From Kiloniellales bacterium (GTDB taxonomy: Bacteria > Pseudomonadota > Alphaproteobacteria > Kiloniellales > JBOHKJ01), in the NCBI GenBank assembly GCA_050728975.1, contig JBOHKJ010000288.1:1-58898 (forward strand): a DNA stretch of 58,898 bases, written 5' to 3'. Shown here piece after piece: positions 1 through 9,406 of this stretch (the stretch's first letter is position 1; every line of letters starts with the position of its first letter). The translations under genes and the position numbers were made by a program. Under the pieces are notes generated by a model, which was given only the letters and a program-made list of their open reading frames with translations, searched no databases and was not told the origin of the DNA.

Positions 1-2
1 GC

Positions 3-533
3 GACACGCTGCCGCGCGACTATCTGCGACGTCATCCCTTCGCCCGCGTGCCGCTGCTGCAGGACGGCGACTTCGAGCTCTACGAGACCGCGGCGATCGC
101 TGCCTATCTCGATGAGAGCTTTCCACAGCCGCCGTTACAGCCGACAGCACTTCACCAGCGGGCGCGGCTGCGCCAGATAGTCCATGCAATCGATAGCTAT
201 GCCTATTGGCCGATGGTCCGTGAAGTCTTCGTTCAGCGGGTCCTGGTTCCACAGCGAGGCGGAACAGCGGACGAGGCGGTGATCGCAAGCGGTCTGACCG
301 CGGCACGAACTGCGCTCGACGCCATCGAGCGCCTGGCCGCGCCCAAAGGCCACTTGACCGGTCTGCAGCTCACGCTCGCCGATCTACACCTGGCGCCGAT
401 GGTCTACTATTTCACGCAAGCCCCGGAGGGCGCTGCTGGCTTTGCGGAATTCGGCAAGCTGGGCCGCTGGTGGTCGGCAATAAAAGAACGGCCTTCGGTG
501 GCGGAGGTCTGTGTTCCACTGGAGATGTCGTGA
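3..533 (+). CDS. Glutathione S-transferase family protein (5' end outside window)
   Basis: Frame is open from the window edge. DTLPRDYLRRHPFARVPLLQDGDFELYETAAIAAYLDE matches the GST N-domain G-site region and is followed by a helical C-domain. Stop TGA at 531-533. Confidence 0.85.
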   Translation, partial: DTLPRDYLRRHPFARVPLLQDGDFELYETAAIAAYLDESFPQPPLQPTALHQRARLRQIVHAIDSYAYWPMVREVFVQRVLVPQRGGTADEAVIASGLTAARTALDAIERLAAPKGHLTGLQLTLADLHLAPMVYYFTQAPEGAAGFAEFGKLGRWWSAIKERPSVAEVCVPLEMS

Positions 534-1384
534 GCCAGCCGCGGGACCCGTGTGCCTGGATCGGTCGTAGCGAGAGCCAGGAAGACATTCTGGAACTGGC
601 GCGCACCTGGGCCCTGCAGGCGACGCTCGACGATAGCGGTCCGGGGCTCCGTTCGGGCGACCCTTTGCCGCCGCTTTGGCACTGGGTCTATTTCTGGCAG
701 CCGGCGCCGACCGCCAGCCTTGGCCCCGACGGCCATGCGGCGCGCGGCGGGTTTCTGCCGCCGATCGCACTTCCGCGACGGATGTGGGCTGGCAGCCGGT
801 TCCGTTTCGAGAAGCCGCTGCTCCTGGGCGCGAAGGCGACGCGACGCTCGACCGTCGCATCGGTCGAAGAGAAGGACGGCCGCAGCGGGCGCCTCGCTTT
901 CGTAACGGTGCGTCACGAGTTCTCCGACGAGGCTGGCGGCCGCGTGTTGGAAGAGCACGACATCGTCTATCGGTCCGCGCCGGTTCAGGGTGCGCCCTCG
1001 ATCGCTCCCGAGCCCGCGCCGCCGGAAGCGTACGCCGCGCCCTGGCATCGCGAGCTTGTGCCCGACGCACTGCTGCTGTTCCGCTATTCGGCGCTGACCT
1101 TCAACGGTCACCGAATCCACTACGACCTCGCCTATGTGCGCGAGGTCGAGGGCTATTCCGGCCTGATCGTGCACGGCCCACTGATCGCCACCCTGATGGC
1201 CGAGCTGGTGCGCCGCGAGCGACCGCGCGGCGTCGCAAGCCGCTTTGCGTTCCGGGTGCGTGCGCCGCTCTTCGCCGGAGACAGGGTCGTTGTCGCCGGT
1301 GCGCCCGACAGAGCGGGGGCGAAGCTATGGATGATCGGGCCGGGCGGGAGACTCGTCGCCGAGGGCGAGATTGCCTTCGCCTGA
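530..1384 (+). CDS. MaoC/HTD2-like double hot-dog (R)-enoyl-CoA hydratase family protein
   Basis: ORF 470..1384. Likely start is GTG 530, overlapping the GST stop (GTGA). The C-terminal block HYDLAYVREVEGYSGLIVHGPLIATLM is typical of MaoC-type dehydratases. Confidence 0.7.
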   Translation: MSQPRDPCAWIGRSESQEDILELARTWALQATLDDSGPGLRSGDPLPPLWHWVYFWQPAPTASLGPDGHAARGGFLPPIALPRRMWAGSRFRFEKPLLLGAKATRRSTVASVEEKDGRSGRLAFVTVRHEFSDEAGGRVLEEHDIVYRSAPVQGAPSIAPEPAPPEAYAAPWHRELVPDALLLFRYSALTFNGHRIHYDLAYVREVEGYSGLIVHGPLIATLMAELVRRERPRGVASRFAFRVRAPLFAGDRVVVAGAPDRAGAKLWMIGPGGRLVAEGEIAFA

Positions 1385-1395
1385 AAGAGTCCGCT

Positions 1396-1890
1396 CTAGC
1401 GGTAGAGCGGCGAGAGCGCCATCACCACCACCACGTTGCCGCCGATGATCGCAAAGACCATGAAGGTCAGCAGGATGTAGCGGTGGAAGTTGGCTTCAAG
1501 CGAAGACTTGACCGCGCGTATGTCGCGCGCGAGGTTCGAGAGCTGAGCGGCGATGCGGCGCAGCTTCTCGCGCTCGACGTTCTGCCAAGTCTGATAGATC
1601 GCGAGTGCATAGATCGCGCAGGCCGATACCAGAAAGGTGCTGAAGGCGACGCCCTGGGCCAGAACCACTTCGCGCGAAAAGAGATAGCAGATCGCAATCA
1701 GGGCGAGGAAGGTGAGCAGCGTGGAGCCGAGCGTCTTCCACTGCTGGCTCTTGGCGAAGCGGATGGTGTGTGCCGATTCCTCATAGAGCGACAGCATCTC
1801 TCTGTGTGTCGGCTCGTCGAGCGGAGAGGGGGCGACCTCGAACGGCGCTTCCTCTTCGGCGTCCGGTTCTCTCGCTTCGGCGACAGCCAT
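1396..1890 (-). CDS. Hypothetical integral membrane protein
   Basis: 164-aa ORF with an acidic N-terminus, several hydrophobic helices (LGSTLLTFLALIAICYLF, FSTFLVSACAIYALAIY, ILLTFMVFAIIGGNVVVVMAL) and coding-like composition. No family recognised. Confidence 0.6.
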   Translation of the reverse strand: MAVAEAREPDAEEEAPFEVAPSPLDEPTHREMLSLYEESAHTIRFAKSQQWKTLGSTLLTFLALIAICYLFSREVVLAQGVAFSTFLVSACAIYALAIYQTWQNVEREKLRRIAAQLSNLARDIRAVKSSLEANFHRYILLTFMVFAIIGGNVVVVMALSPLYR

Positions 1891-2085
1891 GGCTGCAGCT
1901 CCATCGTTGGGCCGCTCTCGCGGCCTAAGGGCAATGGGTCGCGACAGCGGCCCTGCAGATAAGGCTGGCAGAATATGGTAAAGAAGCGGTAAGTCCCCTG
2001 GCCCGGAAGCGGGCGGGCGTCCTTGACCGCCGTGGTCTCCCAGTCACAATGGCGGTGCAACCTCAGGGAGAGCGGGAAGACACCG

Positions 2086-2469
2086 ATGGCAGAGGGCGAC
2101 GAGCAGGTATTGGCGCTGGTGGCGAGCGGCGATCACGAAGGGCTTGCTGCCGCTCTCGGACAGGGCGCCAGGGCCGATGCCGCTGACCGCTGGGGCGTCA
2201 CTGCTCTGATGCGGGCCGCCGCCCGCGGCGACCTGTCGATTGCCGAATTGCTTCTGGAAAGCGGGGCCGACCCCAGCAAGACCAGCGGGGTAGGCAATTC
2301 GCCGCTGATGATGGCGGCGGCTGCCGGCCAAGCGGCAGTCTTGAAGCGCCTTTTGGCGGCCGGCGCAACGTCTGAGGCGCGCAATCGCTGGGGATTGGGA
2401 CCGCGGGAGTGGTCACGCTGGGCGGCCGATCAGGGCGAGATCTCGGCTTTGCTATCTGCCGGGCGCTAG
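2086..2469 (+). CDS. Ankyrin-repeat protein
   Basis: Ankyrin consensus blocks: GVTALMRAAARGDLSIAELLLESGADP and GNSPLMMAAAAGQAAVLKRLLAAGA. I prefer ATG 2086 over the upstream TTG 2023 reported in the ORF track. Confidence 0.75.
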   Translation: MAEGDEQVLALVASGDHEGLAAALGQGARADAADRWGVTALMRAAARGDLSIAELLLESGADPSKTSGVGNSPLMMAAAAGQAAVLKRLLAAGATSEARNRWGLGPREWSRWAADQGEISALLSAGR

Positions 2470-2483
2470 GGCCCGGCGCCGAA

Positions 2484-3212
2484 TTATTGCGGCAGCGGGC
2501 CGATGCTAGCGTAGCGCAGCCGATCGGGTATGAGTGCCAGGGCGCCTCTTTCGGCGGCGATCCGCGCATCGGCGATCGCTCCGGCGAGACGGCTGCTCGG
2601 CACCCCGACTTCGATGGCTTGCCTACGGCCAGTTCGGTTGGCCGCATGGCGCTCGGCCCGCCAGGCTCGCGACACCTTGAGGCGATAGCGGTTGCTGAGT
2701 GTCGGCGTTCTGGAGTGGTAGTGGCCGATGGCCACGGTCCAGGAATTTGCCTCGCGCCTCAGGGCGGCAAGGAAGCGGGCGGCATAGGCGGCGTTAGCGG
2801 CCGGATCGAAGGCCTCCTCTAGCGAGACGAAGGCCTCGGGGTGGTAGGCTAGGTTGACCTGCAGGCAGCCGACATCGATGTTGCGTATTCCGCGCGCCTT
2901 GAGCGCCTCGACCTTGGCAATGGCGGCGGCCTTGGTGGGCAAATAGCGGCCTTTGCCCTCGGCAGTGACGGTCCAGGGCCAGGCACGAAGTTCCCCCCTG
3001 TCCTTGCTCCAGAGCCCCGATTCCACCTTCGCGATGGCTGGCAGGAGGTGGGCAGGTAGGTTCTCGCCGGCCGCTGCGGCAACGGCATGGCGGGCGCACA
3101 GCTCCCACGGCTCGGCGGTCCCTGAAGCGGCGGAAACCGGGGCCGGCATAGCCGCTAGAAGCGCGAAGGCTGCGAACAGGCAGCGGAGCGAAAAACGGGG
3201 GCTGGCAGGCAT
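2484..3212 (-). CDS. Lytic transglycosylase (SLT domain), secreted
   Basis: N-terminal signal peptide (LFAAFALLAAMPAPVSAA). SLT catalytic region LLPAIAKVESG...WPWTV...DVGCLQVNLAYH. Confidence 0.85.
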   Translation of the reverse strand: MPASPRFSLRCLFAAFALLAAMPAPVSAASGTAEPWELCARHAVAAAAGENLPAHLLPAIAKVESGLWSKDRGELRAWPWTVTAEGKGRYLPTKAAAIAKVEALKARGIRNIDVGCLQVNLAYHPEAFVSLEEAFDPAANAAYAARFLAALRREANSWTVAIGHYHSRTPTLSNRYRLKVSRAWRAERHAANRTGRRQAIEVGVPSSRLAGAIADARIAAERGALALIPDRLRYASIGPLPQ

Positions 3213-3386
3213 GGGTCGGCGGTATCCTCCGCCTGTGGGGACGCAAGCTCCATGCCAGCCTCAGCCCGGGTTCCGCGCAGCGCCGGAAAGTCCCCTTCGC
3301 GATGCAGCAAATATTCCCAGGCCTTTGAAGGGGGTCGCCGAGTTCGGCGAAATATCCGTGTTAAATCAGATGTGTAAATATCTCTC

Positions 3387-3415
3387 TTGTCAACTTTGAG
3401 CCGGCCACCCATATT
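3387..3415 (+). promoter_or_regulatory. Sigma70-like promoter candidate (TTGTCA-N17-CATATT)
   Basis: TTGTCA at 3387-3392, a 17-nt spacer, then CATATT at 3410-3415. It lies in an AT-rich patch of an otherwise GC-rich intergenic region. Confidence 0.35.
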
Positions 3416-3419
3416 GTGC

Positions 3420-3518
3420 AGCGCGGCAAACATGAAGCGCCGCTTCGTCCTTTGCCGCAACGCCTGCTAGGCGTTTCCTCCCTAAACTTGGGCTGTGCTT
3501 CTGCACGGCCCTTTTTTT
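3420..3518 (+). ncRNA. Candidate small RNA: three hairpins, single-stranded UCCUCCC, intrinsic terminator
   Basis: Stem 3423-3430/3451-3458 (GCGGCAAA/TTTGCCGC) with inner stem 3434-3438/3442-3446. Stem 3459-3464/3470-3475 (AACGCC/GGCGTT). Linker TCCTCCCTAAACTT at 3476-3489. Terminator stem 3490-3497/3504-3511 followed by T7 at 3512-3518. Confidence 0.45.
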
Positions 3519-3530
3519 GGTTAAATGACC

Positions 3531-4067
3531 TTAGTCGCGACCCGGCGCGGTTTCGGCGCCGGGGCCGAGCGAGCGCTGCATCAAGACCGAATCGACCCAG
3601 CGGCCGAATTTGTAACCGATGTCGGTCAGGACCCCGGTCTCGCGGAAACCGTGGCGCGCATGCAGTCTGATCGAGGCTTGGTTGGCGCTGTCGCCGATCA
3701 TCGCGACCATCTGCCGGTAGCCACCGGCAGTTGCCCGGGAGATCAGCTCGGCGAGCAACAGGCTGCCGATACCGCGGCCGGCAAAGTCCGGGGCGACATA
3801 AACCGAGTCCTCCAGAGAGAAGCGGTAAGCTGGCCTAGCGTGGTAGGGGCCGGCGTAGGCATAGCCTGCGATGCGCCCGGCCGCTTCGGCGACCAGATAG
3901 GGCAGGCCCTGCGCCAGAACTGCGGCATAGCGGCGGCGAATCTCGGCGAGGTCGGGCGGTTCGAGCTCGAAGGAGGCGAGGCCGCTTGCGACGTGGCCAG
4001 CGTAAATCTGCTGGATCGACGCCAAGTCCCCCGCGCCAGCCGGTCGCGAGCGGCAAGCCGTCGTCAT
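3531..4067 (-). CDS. GNAT family N-acetyltransferase (phosphinothricin/methionine-sulfoximine acetyltransferase-like)
   Basis: Uses the internal ATG of ORF 3531..4478 (MTTACRSRPAG...). Motifs: IYAGHVASGLASFELEPP, YVAPDFAGRGIGSLLLAELI, IRLHARHGFRETG. The start overlaps the upstream stop (ATGA at 4064-4067). Confidence 0.85.
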   Translation of the reverse strand: MTTACRSRPAGAGDLASIQQIYAGHVASGLASFELEPPDLAEIRRRYAAVLAQGLPYLVAEAAGRIAGYAYAGPYHARPAYRFSLEDSVYVAPDFAGRGIGSLLLAELISRATAGGYRQMVAMIGDSANQASIRLHARHGFRETGVLTDIGYKFGRWVDSVLMQRSLGPGAETAPGRD

Positions 4068-4981
4068 TCGGCCGCCGCCGGGCGGGCTTGCGGATAGAGG
4101 TCGACCGAGCCGAGCGCGGCCAGGACCGCCGCCATGTCGTCCCGCACCGTGGAGAAGCCCGGACTCTGCGCGATCCGCGTCTCGTCCATGTAGAGCGCGC
4201 GATTGATCTCGATCTGCACCGCATGGACCTCGTGGTTCGGGCGGCCATAGTGACGCGTCACGAATCCGCCGGAATAGGGCGAGTTGAGCACCACTCGATA
4301 GCCACGCCCTGTCAGGAGGCGCTCGATCGTCGCTGTGACGCTCGGCGCGCAGGCAGTACCGAAGCAGTCGCCCAACACTATGTCTGCGACGCCCTCGCCC
4401 CTGGCGCCCGCCGCGCGTCCGCTGGACGGTGCACCGAGTCCGCTGGATGGCATGGAGTGGCAGTCCAGCAGGATGCAAAAGCCAAAGGCGCTCTTGGTGG
4501 TTTCGACCAGCGCCCGCAGCGCCGCGTGATAAGGCCAGTAGCAGCGGCGCAGTCGCGCCAGCGCTTCGGCGAAGGCGAGCTTGTTGGCGTAAATCGGGGC
4601 GCCCGTCGCTACAACTCGGGCGATGGTGCCGAGACCGGCTACAACGCGCGCCGAGCGGGTATTCGCGTAGCTCGGCAGCTCGTCCTCGAACATCGTCGGA
4701 TCGAGCTCGAAGGGCTCGCGATTGGGATCGACGTAGGCACGTGGAAAGAGCGCACGCAGCAGCGGCGCGCCGAGCTGCGGCCCGCTCTCGAACAAGAGAT
4801 CGACGAAGCTGTCCTCCGAGCGCCTCAGCGTGACGGGATCGAGGCAGGATTGTTCGAGAAAGGCCGGTGCGTAGTGACAGCCGCTATGCGGCGAGGCGAC
4901 CACGAGCGGCAGCCGCTGCCAGTCGGGCATCAAGACCTCGTGTCCGCGCGCCGTTTCGCTCTCCGAGACCCGTGCCTCCAT
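4064..4981 (-). CDS. N-formylglutamate amidohydrolase family protein
   Basis: VVASPHSGCHYAP...RSEDSFVDLLF...FPRAYVDPNREP...LLDCHSMPS is the FGase family pattern. Confidence 0.85.
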   Translation of the reverse strand: MEARVSESETARGHEVLMPDWQRLPLVVASPHSGCHYAPAFLEQSCLDPVTLRRSEDSFVDLLFESGPQLGAPLLRALFPRAYVDPNREPFELDPTMFEDELPSYANTRSARVVAGLGTIARVVATGAPIYANKLAFAEALARLRRCYWPYHAALRALVETTKSAFGFCILLDCHSMPSSGLGAPSSGRAAGARGEGVADIVLGDCFGTACAPSVTATIERLLTGRGYRVVLNSPYSGGFVTRHYGRPNHEVHAVQIEINRALYMDETRIAQSPGFSTVRDDMAAVLAALGSVDLYPQARPAAAE

Positions 4982-5219
4982 CGTCCAATCACTCCCGGTG
5001 GTGGTATATCAGCTTGCCTGGACCCGTCTGCGAGCTTAGCGGCAAACCTCGGTTGCTGTCATCGCCGCCGCGACGGTCGCGCGAGGAAAGGCTCCTCGAA
5101 GCCGTTAAGGCCTGTTTAGGCCGCTCCCCTTATAGACTATAGTTCCGGGCGCCGGCCTTGGGGCCAAGGATTCTCAAACCGAGGCCAGCGAAACAGCAGA
5201 ACCAGGTCCGAGCCGCTTC

Positions 5220-5579
5220 ATGGCGAACATCCTCCTAGCCGAAGACGACGATTCGATGCGCGAGTTCCTGGCGACGGCGCTGCGCCGTGCCGGGCACGAG
5301 GTGCGCACCGCTTCGGACGGCATGGAGGCGCTTTCGGCCTTGACCGCCGGCCCGGTCGACCTGCTGCTGGCCGACGTTGTCATGCCGGGCCTCGACGGCA
5401 TCGAGCTGGCGCGCCGGGCGGCGAGCGAGCGCCCAGGGATAAAGGTCATGTTCATTACCGGCTTTGCTGCCGTGGCGCTCAAGGCGCGCAACCAGACCCC
5501 CGCGGGAACCCGCGTGCTCTCCAAGCCGTTCCACCTCAAGGATCTGGTCAGCCAGGTCGAAGTGATTCTCCACAGCTAA
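5220..5579 (+). CDS. cpdR: Single-domain response regulator, CpdR-type
   Basis: 119 aa, receiver domain only. ILLAEDDDSMREFL...LLLADVVMPGLDGIELARRA...KVMFITGFAAVAL...VLSKPFHLKDLV closely follows my recollection of Caulobacter CpdR. Confidence 0.8.
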   Translation: MANILLAEDDDSMREFLATALRRAGHEVRTASDGMEALSALTAGPVDLLLADVVMPGLDGIELARRAASERPGIKVMFITGFAAVALKARNQTPAGTRVLSKPFHLKDLVSQVEVILHS

Positions 5580-5638
5580 GCGCAGGCCGCTTATTGTGGC
5601 CACTTGCGGGCCCGTCGCCCTTGCTTTAGACGGGTCGC

Positions 5639-8638
5639 ATGCTCCCGAACCCCTTCGAGACGGTCCGTGAAGAGGTCGAGGTTGCGCCTGTCGTTTCCGA
5701 CGAGATCAAGAAGACTACCTGCTACATGTGCGCCTGCCGTTGCGGCATTCGGGTGCATCTCAAGGACGGCAAGCTCCGCTACATCGAAGGCGATTCCGAC
5801 CATCCGGTGAACCGCGGCGTCCTTTGCGCCAAAGGCTCGGCCGGGATCATGAATCAGCTTTCGCCGGCACGGCTCCGCAAGCCTTTGTTGAGGATCGGCG
5901 AGCGCGGCGAAGGCCGTTTCAAGGAGATCGAGTGGGAGGAGGCGCTGCAACTCGCGGTGTCCTGGCTCCGAAACGTCCGCGAGCAGGATCCCAAGAAACT
6001 CGCCTTCTTTACCGGGCGTGACCAGAGCCAAAGCTTGACCGGATTCTGGGCGCAGCAGTTCGGCACGCCCAATTACGCCGCGCACGGCGGCTTCTGCTCG
6101 GTCAACATGGCTGCCGCTGGACTCTATACCCTGGGTGGCTCGTTCTGGGAGTTCGGCGAGCCCGACTGGGCGCTGACACGCTATTTCATGCTGTTCGGTG
6201 TCGCCGAGGATCACGACTCCAACCCGATCAAGATGGGCCTCGGTCGTCTCAAGACGCGTGGCGACGCCAAGTTCATTTCGGTCAATCCGGTGCAGACCGG
6301 CTATTCGGCAATTGCCGACGAGTGGGTTCCGATCCGTCCGGGAACCGACGGGCTCTTCGTGCTGGCGCTGATCCACGAGCTGCTGAAGCGCGATCGATTC
6401 GACGCCAACTATCTGGTCCGTTACAGCAACGCGCCCTGGCTGGTGATCGATGAGCCGGGCCTGCCCGAGGACGGTCTCTTCGCCCGCGACCAGGACGGCG
6501 ATCCACTGGTCTTCGACCTCGCAAGCCAGTCTTTCCGCAAGGCGCAGGAGATCGACATCAAACCGGCGCTGGTGGGCCCGCGCAAGGTGGCCGGTGGGCG
6601 GCGAGTCAAACCAGTGTTCCAGCTGATCGCCGAGCGATATCTCGATCCCGCCTACGCGCCGGAAGCAGTGGCGGCGCGCACGGGCCTTTCTGCCGCGCGC
6701 ATTCGCCGCATCGCGAGAGAGCTGGCCGAGGCCGCCTTCGAACAGGAGATCGCGCTGGAACAACCTTGGACCGATTGGGCCGGGCGACGCCACGAGCGCA
6801 CCATCGGCCGTCCGGTTTCGCTGCACGCGATGCGCGGCATCTCAGCGCACTCCAACGGTTTCCAGACCTGCCGCGCGCTACATCTGCTGCAACTCTTGTT
6901 AGGTTCCGTCGATGTGCCGGGTGGCTGGCGTCATCAGGCGCCTTATCCGAAGTACGTACCACCGGGCCCTAAGCCGGCGGGTAGGGCGCCGCGACCGCAG
7001 GCACCGCTCGAAGGCATGCCGCTCGGTATTCCGGCGGGACCGCAGGACCTGCTGTTTGACGACGACGGCACGCCGATTCGCATCGACAAGGCTTTTTCCT
7101 GGGACTATCCGCTGGCGCTCCACGGCCTGATGCACAGCGTCATTCACAACGCCTGGGCGGGCGATCCCTATCGGGTCGAAGTGCTGTTCCTCTACATGGC
7201 CAACATGGCCTGGAACTCCTCGATGAACCTGGGCGCGACAAAAAAGTATCTGACCGAGCGCGACCCGGAGACAGGCGACTACAAGATTCCCAAGATCATC
7301 TACAGCGACGCCTTTCATTCCGAGACAGTCGCCTTCGCTGACCTAGTGCTGCCCGACACGACTTATCTCGAGCGCCACGACTGCATCTCGCTGCTCGACC
7401 GGCCGATCTCCGACGCCGACGGCGTCGCTGACGCGATCCGTCATCCGGTGGTGAAGCCGGATCGCGACGTGCGCCCCTTCCAGGACGTGCTGATCGACCT
7501 CGCCGCGCGGCTCGGCTTGCCCGAATTCGTCAAGGCCGACGGCTTGCCCAAGTATCCCGGCGGCTACGCGGACTACGTGGTCAACCACGAACGCCTGCCG
7601 GGCATCGGCCCGCTCGCCGGCTGGCGCGGCGAGGGCAACCTCGAGGGTGTCGGCAAACCCAACCCGAAGCAACTCGAACGCTACATCGCAGAGGGTGGCT
7701 TCTGGCGCCATGAGCTGCCGCCCGAGCAGCGCTACTACCGTCATGCCAACCGCGACTACCTCGCCTACGCCGAGCGCATGGGATTCATACCGGCAGCGCT
7801 GCCGATCGTAATGCAGCTCTATTCCGAGCCATTGCAGCGCTTTCGCCTCGCCGCCCGCGGCCACGGCGCGGTGCAGCCGCCGGATCGGGTGCGCGAGCGT
7901 ATCGAGACCTATTTCGATCCGCTGCCCTTTTGGTATCCGCCGCTGGAGGAAGAGCAATTCGGCGGCTTGGACTTCCCGCTTCATGCTGTGACCCAGCGGC
8001 CGATGCAGATGTATCACTCCTGGGGTTCGCAGAACGTCTGGCTGCGCCAGATCACTGCCGAAAATCGGCTCTATGTGAACGATGCGACTGCCGCACGTCT
8101 CGGCCTCGCCGACGACGACTGGGTTTGGATCGAGAGCGCGCATGGCCGCGTCAAGGGCCAGATCCGCACCATGGCCGGGACCAATGCCGAGACCGTCTGG
8201 ACCTGGAACGCGATCGGCAAGCGCAGCGGAGCCTGGGGTCTCGAGGACAAGTCGCCCGAGGTGCAGCGGGGCTTTCTGCTCAATCATGTGATCGCCGATC
8301 TGCTGCCGGAGCGCGAAAGCGGCCTGCGCTATGCCAACGCCGATCCGGTGACAGGCCAGGCCGCCTGGTATGATCTGCGGGTACGCCTCGTCAAATGCAA
8401 CGCGGCGGAAGCCGGCGAAACTGCGCCAATCTGGTCCGCGCAGGAGGCTTTGCCCGGGGCGCCGGCGCAACCGGCAACGCTCTCATTCGGCGCGGACGTC
8501 AAGGGGAGGTCGAGCGGCAGGATGGGGATTCCACACCGCGAATGGCTCGGCAACCGCGATGAGCTGTCGCTCTGCCTCGAGGGCATCGCCGCCGGCCACG
8601 GCAATCGCGTCGAGCCCGAAAGGGGCGGGACCGAATGA
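5639..8638 (+). CDS. Molybdopterin (Mo-bisPGD) oxidoreductase catalytic subunit, no Tat signal
   Basis: 999 aa. N-terminal 4Fe-4S motif TCYMCACRCG...CAKG (CX2CX3C...C), then DMSO-reductase-family blocks throughout. No RR motif before the cluster. Confidence 0.9.
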   Translation: MLPNPFETVREEVEVAPVVSDEIKKTTCYMCACRCGIRVHLKDGKLRYIEGDSDHPVNRGVLCAKGSAGIMNQLSPARLRKPLLRIGERGEGRFKEIEWEEALQLAVSWLRNVREQDPKKLAFFTGRDQSQSLTGFWAQQFGTPNYAAHGGFCSVNMAAAGLYTLGGSFWEFGEPDWALTRYFMLFGVAEDHDSNPIKMGLGRLKTRGDAKFISVNPVQTGYSAIADEWVPIRPGTDGLFVLALIHELLKRDRFDANYLVRYSNAPWLVIDEPGLPEDGLFARDQDGDPLVFDLASQSFRKAQEIDIKPALVGPRKVAGGRRVKPVFQLIAERYLDPAYAPEAVAARTGLSAARIRRIARELAEAAFEQEIALEQPWTDWAGRRHERTIGRPVSLHAMRGISAHSNGFQTCRALHLLQLLLGSVDVPGGWRHQAPYPKYVPPGPKPAGRAPRPQAPLEGMPLGIPAGPQDLLFDDDGTPIRIDKAFSWDYPLALHGLMHSVIHNAWAGDPYRVEVLFLYMANMAWNSSMNLGATKKYLTERDPETGDYKIPKIIYSDAFHSETVAFADLVLPDTTYLERHDCISLLDRPISDADGVADAIRHPVVKPDRDVRPFQDVLIDLAARLGLPEFVKADGLPKYPGGYADYVVNHERLPGIGPLAGWRGEGNLEGVGKPNPKQLERYIAEGGFWRHELPPEQRYYRHANRDYLAYAERMGFIPAALPIVMQLYSEPLQRFRLAARGHGAVQPPDRVRERIETYFDPLPFWYPPLEEEQFGGLDFPLHAVTQRPMQMYHSWGSQNVWLRQITAENRLYVNDATAARLGLADDDWVWIESAHGRVKGQIRTMAGTNAETVWTWNAIGKRSGAWGLEDKSPEVQRGFLLNHVIADLLPERESGLRYANADPVTGQAAWYDLRVRLVKCNAAEAGETAPIWSAQEALPGAPAQPATLSFGADVKGRSSGRMGIPHREWLGNRDELSLCLEGIAAGHGNRVEPERGGTE

Positions 8639-9390
8639 CCAGCCTTCCGTCCGCCCCGGGAGAAACCAAGCTCGGTCTCGTTATCGATCTCGACATCTGC
8701 GTCGGCTGTCACGCCTGTGCGGTCAATTGCAAGGAATGGAATGCCGGGGGCCATAGCGGGCCCTTGACCGATCTGTTGCCATATGGCGAGCGGCCGTCGG
8801 GAGTCTGGTTCAATCGTATCCATTCCTTCGAGGTCGAAGAGGAAGCGGGGGAGTCGCGGACGGTCTATTTCCCCAAGTCCTGCCTCCACTGCGAGGATGC
8901 GCCTTGCGTCACCGTTTGTCCGACCGGGGCCTCCTACAAGCGCGAGTCGGACGGCATTGTGCTGGTCAACCCAGACACCTGCATCGGCTGTAAGCTCTGC
9001 TCCTGGGCCTGCCCCTATGGCGCGCGCGAGTTCGACGAGGAAGACGGCGTGATGAAAAAGTGCACGCTCTGCGTTGACCGCATCTACAATGGAACCCTGC
9101 CGGTCGACATGCGCGTGCCGGCCTGTGTTTCCACCTGTCCAGTGGGTGCGCGCCACTTCGGCGATCTCGGCGACCCTGGCTCCGAGGTTTCGCTGCTGGT
9201 GGCGGCGCGCGGCGGCTATGCGCTGATGCCAGAGCAGGCTTGCCGCCCGATCAACCGCTATCTGCCACCGCGACGGCGCGAAAGCGCGCGCGGCGATCTC
9301 GAGCAGAGCGATGTCGTGACCAGCGGCAGTGAAGCCTCGAGCCTCCCCGCTTTCCTGACGCGCTGGCTCGAGCGCGCGTTCGCCCGCTAG
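8635..9390 (+). CDS. 4Fe-4S dicluster electron-transfer subunit (DmsB/PsrB-like)
   Basis: CVGCHACAVNC, CLHCEDAPCVTVCP, CIGCKLCSWACP and CTLC...CVSTCP ferredoxin motifs. ATGA overlap with the catalytic subunit gene. Confidence 0.9.
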   Translation: MTSLPSAPGETKLGLVIDLDICVGCHACAVNCKEWNAGGHSGPLTDLLPYGERPSGVWFNRIHSFEVEEEAGESRTVYFPKSCLHCEDAPCVTVCPTGASYKRESDGIVLVNPDTCIGCKLCSWACPYGAREFDEEDGVMKKCTLCVDRIYNGTLPVDMRVPACVSTCPVGARHFGDLGDPGSEVSLLVAARGGYALMPEQACRPINRYLPPRRRESARGDLEQSDVVTSGSEASSLPAFLTRWLERAFAR

Positions 9391-9406
9391 GAGTGGCCGC
9401 GCGCCC

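Noticed and set aside
384-1174. Minus-strand ORFs 384..1070 and 407..1174
   Set aside because: Extremely Arg-rich and antisense to the MaoC-like gene. Not credible as coding sequence.
3433-3468. 11-codon ORF (MKRRFVLCRNAC) inside the sRNA candidate
   Set aside because: No SD. The ATG lies inside a predicted stem. More plausibly it is part of the RNA structure.
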